DNA of 63,950 nucleotides, counting the filler, from Thraustochytrium aureum (Eukaryota), in assembly GCA_012862495.1 (NCBI GenBank). It is 5 parts of 5 records of this genome, joined end to end, with 100 filler letters (N's around TTAATTAATTAA, not from the genome) between each part and the next. Parts side by side here need not be neighbours in the genome. Positions count along the whole stretch, not along the records: positions 42,523 to 56,516 come from BLSG01000374.1; 4 more parts are not named here. One strand, 5' to 3'. The notes under the pieces were generated by a model. It saw nothing but the letters and a program-made list of their open reading frames with translations, was not told where the DNA came from and did no database searches. Both the position numbers and the translations under genes were made by a program. This document shows, one piece after another, positions 45,015 to 56,615 of this stretch; the stretch's first letter is position 1; the number at the start of each line of letters is the position of its first letter.

Positions 45015-46482
45015 AGATCATCATAGGCCTACTGTATGTACTCATCAATGCCCAGCAATTCTCGTTCACTTTGCCCATCGCTTCGCGGCGTGCCCGTTGA
45101 CGCCAAGAGCGACCGCCTCGAAAGGCACCGCCTTCTTTTGCGCCCGAACTCGATGGATGGGAGGCCGTGTGTATGGTGCCGAGGAGCTGCCCGTTTCGGC
45201 GTCCGATCGGGCAGAGCGACAAGGCGTGACCAGCCTGAAGAGGCACAGAACGAGTAGAGTAAGTAAGTACTGAGTACTGTAGAGTACTGNNNNNNNNNNN
45301 NNNNNNNNNNNNNNNNNNNNNNNNNNNNNNNNNNNNNNNNNNNNNNNNNNNNNNNNNNNNNNNNNNNNNNNNNNNNNNNNNNNNNNNNNNNNNNNNNNNN
45401 NNNNNNNNNNNNNNNNNNNNNNNNNNNNNNNNNNNNNNNNNNNNNNNNNNNNNNNNNNNNNNNNNNNNNNNNNNNNNNNNNNNNNNNNNNNNNNNNNNNN
45501 NNNNNNNNNNNNNNNNNNNNNNNNNNNNNNNNNNNNNNNNNNNNNNNNNNNNNNNNNNNNNNNNNNNNNNNNNNNNNNNNNNNNNNNNNNNNNNNNNNNN
45601 NNNNNNNNNNNNNNNNNNNAGTACCTACTCTACTACAAGTCGGCAGGTAGAGTAGTAAGTACTCTACTGACCCGACTCCACTGAGCTGAGCAGAGTCCAA
45701 GGTCACTTGCAAACCTCAGCCAAAGCCCGCGAACGTCACGCTGGTGCATTCACACCTCATCCATTGCACCTCATCGGCTGGGTGCATTGGCAACTGCACC
45801 CACATTGTAAATAACGCTGGCGCAGCGTTACATACGGAAGAGCACGCGCGAAAAGCTGCGCAGAGGCGAAAGTAACAGTGCATCCATGTCGATTTGTCTT
45901 CACCGTGGTTTATAACGTCGGCGTGACCAGCGCTAGTTCCTGCATTCGTGGGCGAGGGAGCGGAGCACTGGTGACACGCGCACCAGCAGCAACTCCGTCA
46001 GCACGTCAGCACGTCAGCAGCGAGCACAAGGCCGTTGCTGTCCAACTGAAACTCGTTGGGCTCATGCACGCATGCGCACGCTCCCTTTCTCGTGGCGCGC
46101 CGACACTGGCCGATCTCCTTCGCGCTTTCTTCACAAGAAGGAATAAAAGTTGAATGAAGCCAGTGGGGAATGGGAAAAGGAACTGCACAATCTAATCCTG
46201 GTGCACTGGCGAAGCGCCTGTCTTCGCGTGCAACTCCGCCTGCCAGCGTTGACGCAGAAATCGTCGGTCACGCCGGTTTGTTTTGGAGTGGTCGATCTCG
46301 ATCCGTGTGCAACAAGAGGAAGGTATACTTCTCGCCAGCCGGAGCAGCGCATGCACTGTCATCATGTGGAGCCGCGCGAGTTCCTTGAAAGCAAGCGAGT
46401 CAGCAAACCCGCAACCAGCCAGGCTCCACACACGAAAGACACGCCATAGCAAAGCGTCATAGCCACAGACCGAGCGAGCAGG

Positions 46483-47676
46483 ATGGAGGCAGTGGCGCTG
46501 GCTGCGTGCGCGTTCGATCGCGACTGCCCGGCGGGGCAGCTCTGCTACGTGAATGTGTCGTGGGCGCCCCCCGGCGCCCCCGACGGGTTTTGCGAGTGCA
46601 ACGCTTTCTATGGCTGGTCGGGCCAGCCGTCGTGCGACACCTTCTCTGTTGGCACGTATGTTCTGATCGCGCAAGCGTGCGCACAAGCCTTGGTCTGCAT
46701 CATTCTGGGGCTGATGGGCGTCGTCGACGTCGCTCGCACGGTACAAGCGTTCGGCCCACGCCTGACGTCCGCGTTTGTGACGGCCTTGGCAACAACTGTT
46801 GCCCTACTCTGCCACTTCGCCTATCGCGTGCTGTTCGTGCTCTCAGCGGCCATACCCGCAGAGAACAACCGGTTCCTCTCGGACGCGGCGGATGCAGAAA
46901 AGTTCACCACGTTCTCGGTGATTCACCGCCCCTTCCTGTTTGTGGTCTGCGTGCTTGCCGTCGTGGCATGCCTCAACGTGTCCGTGATGTGGGTCGAGCT
47001 CGCGTACCGCGCCAAGGCGATGATGACGCGAATGATCTCCAGCGTGACCCAATACCGGCGGCTCGTGATCGGGATCGAGGCTCTTTTCACGATCATGATG
47101 GCGGTGATGGCGGTTCTCGGCAGGTTTGACCTTGCGGTTGTGGCCGCAATGCCCGTCCTGCTGGTTCTCGCGGTCTTCTTCACTCTCGGCCGCATCCGAA
47201 TGGTGCGCGTGCTGCGCACCGCCATCTCCATGGANNNNNNNNNNNNNNNNNNNNNNNNNNNNNNNNNNNNNNNNNNNNNNNNNNNNNNNNCGATGGTGGT
47301 CATCAAAAAGGTCTCGCTGCACGTGATTCTCGCGCTATTTGGCATTATCGCGGCCGGCGCGGCGTACTTTGTCTTCAACTCTCGCAGCAACACAAAGTCG
47401 GGGGCCTTTCCGTGGCTCGCGCTCATCGCCGAGTCCTTGCCCCTGTTCCTGCTGTACACGCTGGCTGCCGTCTTTTACTACTCGCACAGGAGCACGAACA
47501 AGATCCTGCGTCGCCACTATGGCTTGACGCAGGGGGCGATCAGCTCGTCCTCGCACGGCAGCAAGGAGGAGCGAACCTTTACGCATACGAACACGCTGGC
47601 CAACCCGACGTCGAGCACGTTTGAAGAGCGTGTCAAGACCTTTGTCGGCGTTGACGGCGAAGACGATTTCGTCTAG
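46483..47676 (+). CDS. Seven-TM protein with an N-terminal Cys-rich EGF-like module
   Basis: CAFDRDC..GQLC...FCECNAFYGWSGQPSC followed by about seven hydrophobic helices and a Ser/Thr-rich tail. The frame is conserved across a small gap. Confidence 0.7.
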   Translation: MEAVALAACAFDRDCPAGQLCYVNVSWAPPGAPDGFCECNAFYGWSGQPSCDTFSVGTYVLIAQACAQALVCIILGLMGVVDVARTVQAFGPRLTSAFVTALATTVALLCHFAYRVLFVLSAAIPAENNRFLSDAADAEKFTTFSVIHRPFLFVVCVLAVVACLNVSVMWVELAYRAKAMMTRMISSVTQYRRLVIGIEALFTIMMAVMAVLGRFDLAVVAAMPVLLVLAVFFTLGRIRMVRVLRTAISMXXXXXXXXXXXXXXXXXXXXMVVIKKVSLHVILALFGIIAAGAAYFVFNSRSNTKSGAFPWLALIAESLPLFLLYTLAAVFYYSHRSTNKILRRHYGLTQGAISSSSHGSKEERTFTHTNTLANPTSSTFEERVKTFVGVDGEDDFV

Positions 47677-49050
47677 AGGCTGGCTAGTAGTCCGAAAACC
47701 GAATTGTACCATCGCGCGCTTTCCTTGTACTGCTTCTGAAGGACCTTCGGCCTGCGAGCCTGTGGATCTCGTTGCGTCACGTCGCTCGGCGATAAACCCT
47801 TCAATGATAGCGAAAACTCGCGCGAGCAAAGAGGATGCCGGGTGGGGCAGCAGCAAGCTCAATTCTCGTGCCGGCGACGGCCGGCAGCATCACCCTCGAG
47901 TGTGCGCGATCGCGTTGCGCCGACTCGGAGCGCCGCCATCCGTCTCAACACAATCCTCGCCGCCAAACAACCAAACCAAAGCCCAGAGCCCCAAACCAAA
48001 ACAAACCAAAACCAAAACAAACAAACAAACAAGGACTGTCGCAGAACGGGAAAAGAAATGAGCGACGGCTGACCGGCCCATTTCTCACCCCTCCTCACAA
48101 ACCGCCCCAACCACAGCAAAAACAAAACCCTGCGCGTCTTTCATAGGCTTTGAGGCCAGCCCACCTCCGAGGACCCCGTCAGCCAGCCAGCCACTCACTC
48201 ACTCACTCACTNNNNNNNNNNNNNNNNNNNNNNNNNNNNNNNNNNNNNNNNNNNNNNNNNNNNNNNNNNNNNNNNNNNNNNNNNNNNNNNNNNNNNNNNN
48301 NNNNNNNNNNNNNNNNNNNNNNNNNNNNNNNNNNNNNNNNNNNNNNNNNNNNNNNNNNNNNNNNNNNNNNNNNNNNNNNNNNNNNNNNNNNNNNNNNNNN
48401 NNNNNNNNNNNNNNNNNNNNNNNNNNNNNNNNNNNNNNNNNNNNNNNNNNNNNNNNNNNNNNNNNNNNNNNNNNNNNNNNNNNNNNNNNNNNNNNNNNNN
48501 NNNNNNNNNNNNNNNNNNNNNNNNNNNNNNNNNNNNNNNNNNNNNNNNNNNNNNNNNNNNNNNNNNNNNNNNNNNNNNNNNNNNNNNNNNNNNNNNNNNN
48601 NNNNNNNNNNNNNNNNNNNNNNNNNNNNNNNNNNNNNNNNNNNNNNNNNNNNNNNNNNNNNNNNNNNNNNNNNNNNNNNNNNNNNNNNNNNNNNNNNNNN
48701 NNNNNNNNNNNNNNNNNNNNNNNNNNNNNNNNNNNNNNNNNNNNNNNNNNNNNNNNNNNNNNNNNNNNNNNNNNNNNNNNNNNNNNNNNNNNNNNNNNNN
48801 NNNNNNNNNNNNNNNNNNNNNNNNNNNNNNNNNNNNNNNNNNNNNNNNNNNNNNNNNNNNNNNNNNNNNNNNNNNNNNNNNNNNNNNNNNNNNNNNNNNN
48901 NNNNNNNNNNNNNNNNNNNNNNNNNNNNNNNNNNNNNNNNNNNNNNNNNNNNNNNNNNNNNNNNNNNNNNNNNNNNNNNNNNNNNNNNNNNNNNNNNNNN
49001 NNNNNNNNNNNNNNNNNNNNNNNNNNNNNNNNNNNNNNNNNNNNNNNNNN

Positions 49051-51812
49051 CCTGGCGCACCGCTCGTGTACTCGGTGACGCTGAGAGACTTTCTGCCTTC
49101 GATTTGCATGCCCGCTGCAGAGTACCCAGGGCATAGCGCCGGCCCCAGCCCAGGCGAGCCAAACCCAGACGACGCCACCTGGGGCCTCACAGAGGGCAAG
49201 ACGAATGGGTGCCCCCTCGTCGATGAAATCATGCAGAACGGCACCGTGAGCGGGCACCCGGACTTTGAGATCCGGTTTGGCGCCTTCGGCGTGACGGGGT
49301 TCGGCTGGAATGAGAGCGGCCCCATCGAAAGCCAGAGCGCGGACGAGATGCCCGTGTCGTCAATCATCGACCGCAGCGGGTTTGACTACGACACGAGCGG
49401 CCTCCCCAAACCGCGGTACTGCTCCGCGACGGAACGCTGCGGCGGCAACGCGTTCGGCGACTGGATTACAAGCGGGAGCGAGTACTTTTCTAACTGGTTT
49501 CGAGACGACCCCAAGTACAACAGGCGTTCCGGCCTGCTCCTCGAGGTCCCCAATGTGGGCATGGACCTCTTCAAGTTTGACAGCCTCGTGGACGGCGAGA
49601 CCCAGCTGGAGCGCGAGAGCGAGGAGGGACCGGACGGCTTCTTCGGGCCGCTCGACAACGCTAAAGGGTGGGTCTGGCCCGAGCTCAACGCCAGCGCATG
49701 GTCCATTCTTGGATACGAGGAGAACCCAGGGCACAGGTTTTGGTTCACCACGGAGATCCACACGTGGTTCGAGTTTCGCGGCGACGAGTTTTTCGAGTTC
49801 TCTGGCGACGACGACGTGTGGGTCTTCATCAACGGCCGGCTCGCGGTCGACCTCGGGGGCGTGCACTGGCGGGCCAAAACCAACGTTTCGCTCAAGCAAG
49901 AGCAGGAGCGGCTTGGCCTCGTCGTCGGAGAGATTTACGAGTTCGACCTCTTCCACGCCGAGCGCCACACTGTGGAGAGCAACTTTAAGCTGTCCACCAC
50001 GCTGCGCGCGTCCTGCAACGTTATCCAGTCGGGCACGGTCAGCCTCGAGCTCCAGGGCTCGTCAGAATCCGACTTGGGCACTGGCCCAGCGCGCGGCGCA
50101 CTCGACTCGAGCGGCGCGCTCCTGATAACGAGCCCGCAAGATACGTACACCTCGACGCACGCCTTCTTCCTTCAGCAGCACAACGTGGGGTCCGGCTTTG
50201 TCCTCGACTTTGAAATCGAGGTGTCCAGCGTTGGCCGCGGAGGCTTCGCGCTGGTGCTCCACCGGAGACCCCAGGGCCTTCGCAACATGCCGATGGGACC
50301 AGGGCCCCATATGGGTCTGCGCTACCTCAGCCACTCGATTGCGGTTATATTTGATCTCTGTGCAGACGGCGCGCCAGCCTGCAGCGAACAGCAGGTGCGC
50401 CTCCACTACAACCGAAACGGGGCCCCGAGGAGTACAATGAGGCTGGTCCAGCAACGCGCCGCGTGTACGACCGCATCCTCCAACCGCTTGGCACGGGGCT
50501 GACTCACCGCGTGCGGGTGCAATACCTAGAGCGCCCGGACTGGCTCGAGGTGTACCTCGACGACTCGCTCTACCTGCGCAAACGCGACTTCAACCTGACG
50601 CAGATCATCGGGGGGCGCAACGCGTTTGTGGGCTTCACAGCAGGGACGCTGGCAAGCCCGGCGACCCAGCGTGTCACCAGTCTGACGCTGCGCACTGTGC
50701 AGATCGACCCGCTCGGCACGCAGTTTGTCCAGGACCCTGCCACAGACGGCGTCGCAGACGGCACGCTAGAGTCCGGCGCTGCCGTGACAATTCGCAATTA
50801 TGACGCCTGCGTCAATCCCATCCAGTTCGGGGGCGCAGCAACACGTGCAGGTGGGGTTTTTGTGCGCACTACGCCAGACGCCAGCGCAAAGCCGCCACCT
50901 GGAAGCGTGCAAGGGATGCGCGGCTTGCAGGAAACGGACGGCGACCGAGTGGTCCCCGCCCAGGTCGTCGACAATGGCGACGGGACGTACGGGATCGTGC
51001 TCGTGACAACCACTATCGCCGAGTTCGAGGGCTATGCCGTGTTCGGTGAGGGTTGCTCTGTTGTGGTTGACGAGGCCACGGGCCAGGTCACCGTCGTGCA
51101 GAACAGCGACAACTCGTGCTGGTTCTCCAAGTCGCCTGGCACAGTGCGGATGGTCGAGCCCCCACCGACGCCCGCCGTTCCGACCTGGGCCCCAGCTGGG
51201 CCGCCCGTTACACCCCCCTCCAACCATGAGAAGCTTGTGAGAACGCTGGGAGGCGGCGGCGGTCTCATCCTCGTTTTGCTTTTCCTGTGCCTCTTAATGT
51301 GCTGGTGGAAGCGGAAGTGGGATCGCGACAAGGCGTTCGTTGCGCATGCGCGCAGCATGCAAGCCCTTAGCGACGATGCGGACGCAGAGGAGAAGGCGAA
51401 ACTGGCGGCCAAGCGCCAACGTGCGCGCGCCTCGATCTTGCGTGCAAGGGCCAGGAAGGAGACGGAGCAGCGCCAGCTCGAGGTCGCCGCGTTGACGACC
51501 GAGAATGTCGACCTCAAGTTCCAACTTCGCCTGGAGAAAGTTCGCAAGCAACGAGATGCGGCGATGCCGATGGGCAAGAACTTTCACGACATCAGCGGGC
51601 CCAAAAGAAAAAAGCTATTTCGCCCGGTCGACACCGGGCTCGACAACGAGGTCGACTCTGACGCTGACGAAGAAGCTCGATCGGAGGCGCACAAAGCGTA
51701 CCACCGGACACAAGTGTACGGGGACATTATTCCGCCGCCACCGCGAAGCAAGGCAAGCCCGCCGCCCCCCCCGGGCGAGGATGAGCCCCCCCCTCCACCT
51801 TTCGAACCGTGA
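49051..51812 (+). CDS. Fibro-slime/PA14 + L-type-lectin-like + filamin-like single-pass membrane protein (5'-partial; frameshift at 50423-50426)
   Basis: VTLRDF, HPDFE, FTTEIHTWFEFRGDEFFEFSGDDDVWVFINGRLAVDLGGVH, FDLFHAERH (fibro-slime); GFALVLH, SIAVIFD, AFVGFTAGT (legume-lectin-like); VVDNGDGTY (filamin-like); TM GLILVLLFLCLLMCWW; coiled coil and poly-Pro tail. Confidence 0.8.
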
Positions 51813-52365
51813 CGGATTGCTCAGAAAGGAAACAATTTCTCAACCTCAGCTGCTAAAGTAGCGAGTCCAAAATCGCCCCGCTCACGTCCTTTCGCGAAGC
51901 CGCCCCTCCAGAAGCCTGCGAGTAGCTGCAAACAAGGCCGGGCGGGAGCGGCGCGCGCGCTCGCCTCCCCAACGCTTTCCTTCTTTTTCGCCGTTTCTGT
52001 TCGCAACTGCTTGGGCCACGTTCGGCGCGTGTTTTCGCCGGGGTTGGGAAAGATAGACCGCTCGTTGGTGGCGCGCATCAGCGCCGCTTCCGAAACCTAG
52101 TTCTGCACTCCAGGACTGACTTCGTCCGGAGGGCCTGAATTGNNNNNNNNNNNNNNNNNNNNTTGCCTGCACTGTCAGCAAACGGAGGCCGGCATTACCG
52201 TGCTGCGCTGGATACTCTTGAAAAGGAGCTGGGGCGGGGCTGCCGAGTGCAGCGGCAGAGCGGTCGTCTCCAGCAAAGCCAAGGAGCCACGAGTGCAGTG
52301 AGGTCGAGTCTCCTTCCACAGAGAGCGGCGGCATTGCGCGGCCGCCAGGGTAGCCGGGAGAGCGT

Positions 52366-53211
52366 CTAAGCCAGCGAGGTCTGGCCGCGCATGGCTGGCG
52401 TGCCAGTGACAGTACTTGCGTATGCGTCTGAAAACTGCGCCTCGTCCTCCTCCTCCTCGTCTAATCCGTTTCCGCTCAAAGGCCGAGGTGCGGCGCGCAC
52501 TCCACCAGTTGGATTCATCCCCGCTCGGTACTCGCCGTTTGGCTGACGAAGCTCGTTCCTCGAGCTTGTGGCCCCGCGTTGCGCGGCAGCGACGTTTGCT
52601 GGGGTTCCGCCGCCACCGCCGCCGCCGCCTTCTTGGTAAACCTCCTCCGCCAAGTAAGATCCCCATTTGTTGTGTATCTGCACCCAGAGCAAAAGGGCCA
52701 CCGCACAGACAACCGTGACCAAGCCAGCCGTCCAAAACGAACCCCAGTGCTTGACCCAAGCCGCGAGAGCGAGGTTGAGGATGAACACGGGCACTCCGAT
52801 GGTGAAAAAGTTGAACGCTCGCATCCAGTCTTCCTCGCACTTGACTGCCCAGAACCGGCGGAACGGCATCTTGGCGTTCTCCAGGTCAAACGCCTTGAGG
52901 ACTCCGACCAGCATCAACGTGCAGGTCACGAACGAGAGGCACATCAGGCAAACCGTTATTGCCGACAAGACGCCAAAGACGACGAGCACCGGCTCTGGGA
53001 CGCCTGGGCTGACGTTAATCTCAATAAAGACCACAATGTTGAACCCGGCGATGAGCGCCGCTAGGTTGGCGATTGAGCGCAGCTGCTCCACCTTCTCGTC
53101 GATCTGGCGCCGCAAGATCTCGAGCTTGCGGTACTTGATCTCCTCCTCTCGCCATTTGGCCGCAAGGTGCACGTCGGCGATCGCGAGCCCAGCCGTAAAG
53201 AGCTCGGTCAT
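52366..53211 (-). CDS. ORAI: Orai/CRAC-like calcium channel subunit
   Basis: TM1 LRSIANLAALIAGFNIVVFIE retains the filter Glu (Orai1 [21 protein letters not shown]); TM3 AFNFFTIGVPVFILNLALAAWVKH; four TMs in total. Confidence 0.8.
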   Translation of the reverse strand: MTELFTAGLAIADVHLAAKWREEEIKYRKLEILRRQIDEKVEQLRSIANLAALIAGFNIVVFIEINVSPGVPEPVLVVFGVLSAITVCLMCLSFVTCTLMLVGVLKAFDLENAKMPFRRFWAVKCEEDWMRAFNFFTIGVPVFILNLALAAWVKHWGSFWTAGLVTVVCAVALLLWVQIHNKWGSYLAEEVYQEGGGGGGGGTPANVAAAQRGATSSRNELRQPNGEYRAGMNPTGGVRAAPRPLSGNGLDEEEEDEAQFSDAYASTVTGTPAMRGQTSLA

Positions 53212-53569
53212 CTCCCCGCCGCGCCGCGGGCAGGCCGAGCCCCAGCCAGTTGTCCGCGAGCGCCTGGTTTGCCGGCCAGGCGGGCCTTTCCAGACGAAGC
53301 GCCGCGACAAGGACCGCGCCACGTGATCGCCGTCTGAGCCAAATTCAGCGGCCGACAAGCGATCGCGGTCTCTACAACGTGAGCGGGCCTGCGGCTGTGG
53401 GCGCGCCTGCGCCTGCGGGTGCGCCTGCGCCTGCGGATGTGGGCGTCAATTGTCGCTTGCAGGTCCTTCATTCATCATCAGAACATCAGAACAGAACATT
53501 ACGAGGGCGCACCTTCACAAAATTGTCGTATTCGAGTGCGAGGGGTGAGCGTCGTACCAGATGGTAAGC

Positions 53570-53651
53570 GCGCCGATGCCCGAGTGGTCTAAGGGGGTGC
53601 ACTCAAGTTGCATTGTCTCCGGACTCGTGGGTTCAAATCCCACTCGGCGCA
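53570..53651 (+). tRNA. trnL-CAA: tRNA-Leu(CAA), intronless
   Basis: Acceptor GCGCCGA/TCGGCGC plus discriminator A; D-loop CGAGTGGTCTAAGG; anticodon stem GTGCA/TGCAT with loop CTCAAGT; long variable arm; T-arm GTGGGTTCAAATCCCAC; downstream T-run consistent with a Pol III terminator. Confidence 0.95.
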
Positions 53652-54944
53652 CTTCTTTTTNNNNNNNNNNNNNNNNNNNNNNNNNNNNNNNNNNNNNNNN
53701 NNNNNNNNNNNNNNNNNNNNNNNNNNNNNNNNNNNNNNNNNNNNNNNNNNNNNNNNNNNNNNNNNNNNNNNNNNNNNNNNNNNNNNNNNNNNNNNNNNNN
53801 NNNNNNNNNNNNNNNNNNNNNNNNNNNNNNNNNNNNNNNNNNNNNNNNNNNNNNNNNNNNNNNNNNNNNNNNNNNNNNNNNNNNNNNNNNNNNNNNNNNN
53901 NNNNNNNNNNNNNNNNNNNNNNNNNNNNNNNNNNNNNNNNNNNNNNNNNNNNNNNNNNNNNNNNNNNNNNNNNNNNNNNNNNNNNNNNNNNNNNNNNNNN
54001 NNNNNNNNNNNNNNNNNNNNNNNNNNNNNNNNNNNNNNNNNNNNNNNNNNNNNNNNNNNNNNNNNNNNNNNNNNNNNNNNNNNNNNNNNNNNNNNNNNNN
54101 NNNNNNNNNNNNNNNNNNNNNNNNNNNNNNNNNNNNNNNNNNNNNNNNNNNNNNNNNNNNNNNNNNNNNNNNNNNNNNNNNNNNNNNNNNNNNNNNNNNN
54201 NNNNNNNNNNNNNNNNNNNNNNNNNNNNNNNNNNNNNNNNNNNNNNNNNNNNNNNNNNNNNNNNNNNNNNNNNNNNNNNNNNNNNNNNNNNNNNNNNNNN
54301 NNNNNNNNNNNNNNNNNNNNNNNNNNNNNNNNNNNNNNNNNNNNNNNNNNNNNNNNNNNNNNNNNNNNNNNNNNNNNNNNNNNNNNNNNNNNNNNNNNNN
54401 NNNNNNNNNNNNNNNNNNNNNNNNNNNNNNNNNNNNNNNNNNNNNNNNNNNNNNNNNNNNNNNNNNNNNNNNNNNNNNNNNNNNNNNNNNNNNNNNNNNN
54501 NNNNNNNNNNNNNNNNNNNNNNNNNNNNNNNNNNNNNNNNNNNNNNNNNNNNTGAGCTGCTCGCGTCCAGCAGCTTGCGCGGTCGCGCTCCGTGTGAATG
54601 AGCTTGCGCAGCCCGGAAGACCGGTAGCTCGCCATCCTGCCGGGGCCCTGGCCTGCGTCCTTCCTCGCCGTGCACGGCGCTTCGTGCGCGCCTTCTGTCT
54701 GCTCGCCTGCGCCAAGCCTGCCTGCCTGCCTGCCTGCCTGCCTCGAGTTCGAGCTCTGCTTGCATGAGGTCGTGTCACCCTCGTTGATGCACGCACGGTG
54801 ATGTCCTATCTCCACCCAACGGAACTGTTCGTCTCTCGAAACATGCTGGCTTCTTTCGTTCACTGCCGCAGTAAGGATTTGTCCACGCAGGCGCTCGACG
54901 CACGGCGCGCCAGAGGTCGACGGGCTGCTCCGCCCGCGGCGACG

Positions 54945-55841
54945 ATGGGAAACGTCGTGGCCGTAGGGCTGCGATTCGCTGGCACCGTGGCGGTCAGCGC
55001 TGTCGGCGCCGCTGCCGTTCTGTACTTTGCACCGCGCAAGCTGAAACGACCCCTGCTTCTCTGGGCGCTCGAACTGACGCGAGGCGAGCCGCCGGCGGTG
55101 CAGCTACCGTACAAGGACAAGGTGCTTCCGCACGGCCCGCTCGTGCAAGTAGCCAGCGAGGTATGGGTCGTGGAGGCCACGCTGCCGCAGCCTGGTCCGA
55201 AGTTTGGGCGCAACATGGTCGTTGTGCGAGCGCCGCGGTCTGGGAACTTGCTCATCCATTCGCCAGCCTGCCTCAACCAAGCAGCGCGCGAGCAACTGGA
55301 GGCTCTCGGTACAGTCGCAGTTGTCGTCGTGCCGAGCTCGCTCCACCGCCTTGACGCTCACGCGTACCGCGTCGAGTATCCAAACGCGCGGGTTGTCGCG
55401 CCGCGGGCGGCGATACCCCGCATGCAGGGCTGGGTGGAGATTGATGGCCCGGTCGAGGAGGAGCTCGGACCAGGCAACGAGTATGGGGCATCTTGCTTGG
55501 AGCCAGAGGGAGCGGGCCAGCAGCTTGACGAGCTCGTCTACCTGTTTCCTCTTTCCGATGGGACGCGCGCTATGGTCTGCACCGACCTGTTCTTCAACTT
55601 GGACCCACAAACCGCTGATCCTGTGACTCGCATGATTGGCTCAGCGTGTGGGTTTGGCACGACGGCCATCGGCCGCGTCGGGGTGGAGAATGCCGACAGG
55701 CTTCGTGGCTGGGTTGCGGAGGCTTTAGCAGGGCCAAAGTCGGACCTTTCTCTCGCGATTGTGGCACACGGGAGCGTCGTGCGCGGCCGTGAGGCCGTAG
55801 CAGCTGCCCTTCTCCACGCGCTGCATTCGCTCGAGATGTGA
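54945..55841 (+). CDS. DUF4336-like (metallo-beta-lactamase-fold) protein with an N-terminal membrane anchor
   Basis: RNMVVVR...GNLLIHSP...LEALGTVAVVVVPSSLHRL...YPNARVVAP, ELVYL, CTDLFFN, IVAHG. Confidence 0.7.
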   Translation: MGNVVAVGLRFAGTVAVSAVGAAAVLYFAPRKLKRPLLLWALELTRGEPPAVQLPYKDKVLPHGPLVQVASEVWVVEATLPQPGPKFGRNMVVVRAPRSGNLLIHSPACLNQAAREQLEALGTVAVVVVPSSLHRLDAHAYRVEYPNARVVAPRAAIPRMQGWVEIDGPVEEELGPGNEYGASCLEPEGAGQQLDELVYLFPLSDGTRAMVCTDLFFNLDPQTADPVTRMIGSACGFGTTAIGRVGVENADRLRGWVAEALAGPKSDLSLAIVAHGSVVRGREAVAAALLHALHSLEM

Positions 55842-56516
55842 TACCGGTACGCGGCCCCCTTTCTTGTTTGATTTTTTTGTTCCTCTTCTTCTGATTCTCT
55901 CAAGTCGCGCAGGTCACGGAGACTGGCGTTGCCAACGGCCAACATCACAAGTCGCAAGGCGCAGTATTGCGCAGTCAGATCGAGCACACACACGCTCTCA
56001 GTCAAATCAAGCACACGAGCATGCCCCCTGCGTCTCTCGCCGGCGCAGGCGAGCCCAGCTGGCCGGCCACACCAGCACTCGCGACGGCTTGCGTATGTAG
56101 CGGTATGTCGCATCAGGAGGAGTTCGCAGGTGCAACGCACTCAGCACTCAGGCTAGCTCTAGAGTCTACTACAAAGATCAGGAGTTGCCGTGCCGAGCCA
56201 CGCCTCTGTGGCGTCGTCCAATCCGAACGACTCCTCGTCCAACGCCGCCGTCTTCCACTCCCCGCGCGCGGCCACGCTCCATGCGAGGCAACCTGTCCCG
56301 AGGCATCTCGCCGCGCTCAGGAGACCAAACTGGCCCAGTCCGCCCGTTCGCCCGCACCAAAACCGCACGCCCGCGGCGCGCGAGCCGTCGCCATCGCCGC
56401 GCCGCGCCACCCACGTCACCGCAGGGTACCTACGTGACGCGCGCCGGCCACGCCGACCCAGCAGTGCAATGACGCGTTCCAGGGTTGCATGCATGCATGC
56501 ATGCAGCCCAGAGAGA

Positions 56517-56615
56517 NNNNNNNNNNNNNNNNNNNNNNNNNNNNNNNNNNNNNNNNNNNNTTAATTAATTAANNNNNNNNNNNNNNNNNNNNNNNNNNNN
56601 NNNNNNNNNNNNNNN
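56517..56615. other. Artificial contig spacer
   Basis: N-TTAATTAATTAA-N. Confidence 0.95.

Noticed and set aside
45720..46450. Lower-GC intergenic stretch with short ORFs as a transposon remnant
   Set aside because: No transposase or RT motifs, terminal repeats or target-site duplication are visible.
41209..53211. Extending the Ca2+ cluster to include BI-1 and Orai
   Set aside because: Artificial spacers separate them from the CatSper scaffold and from each other, so there is no evidence of linkage.
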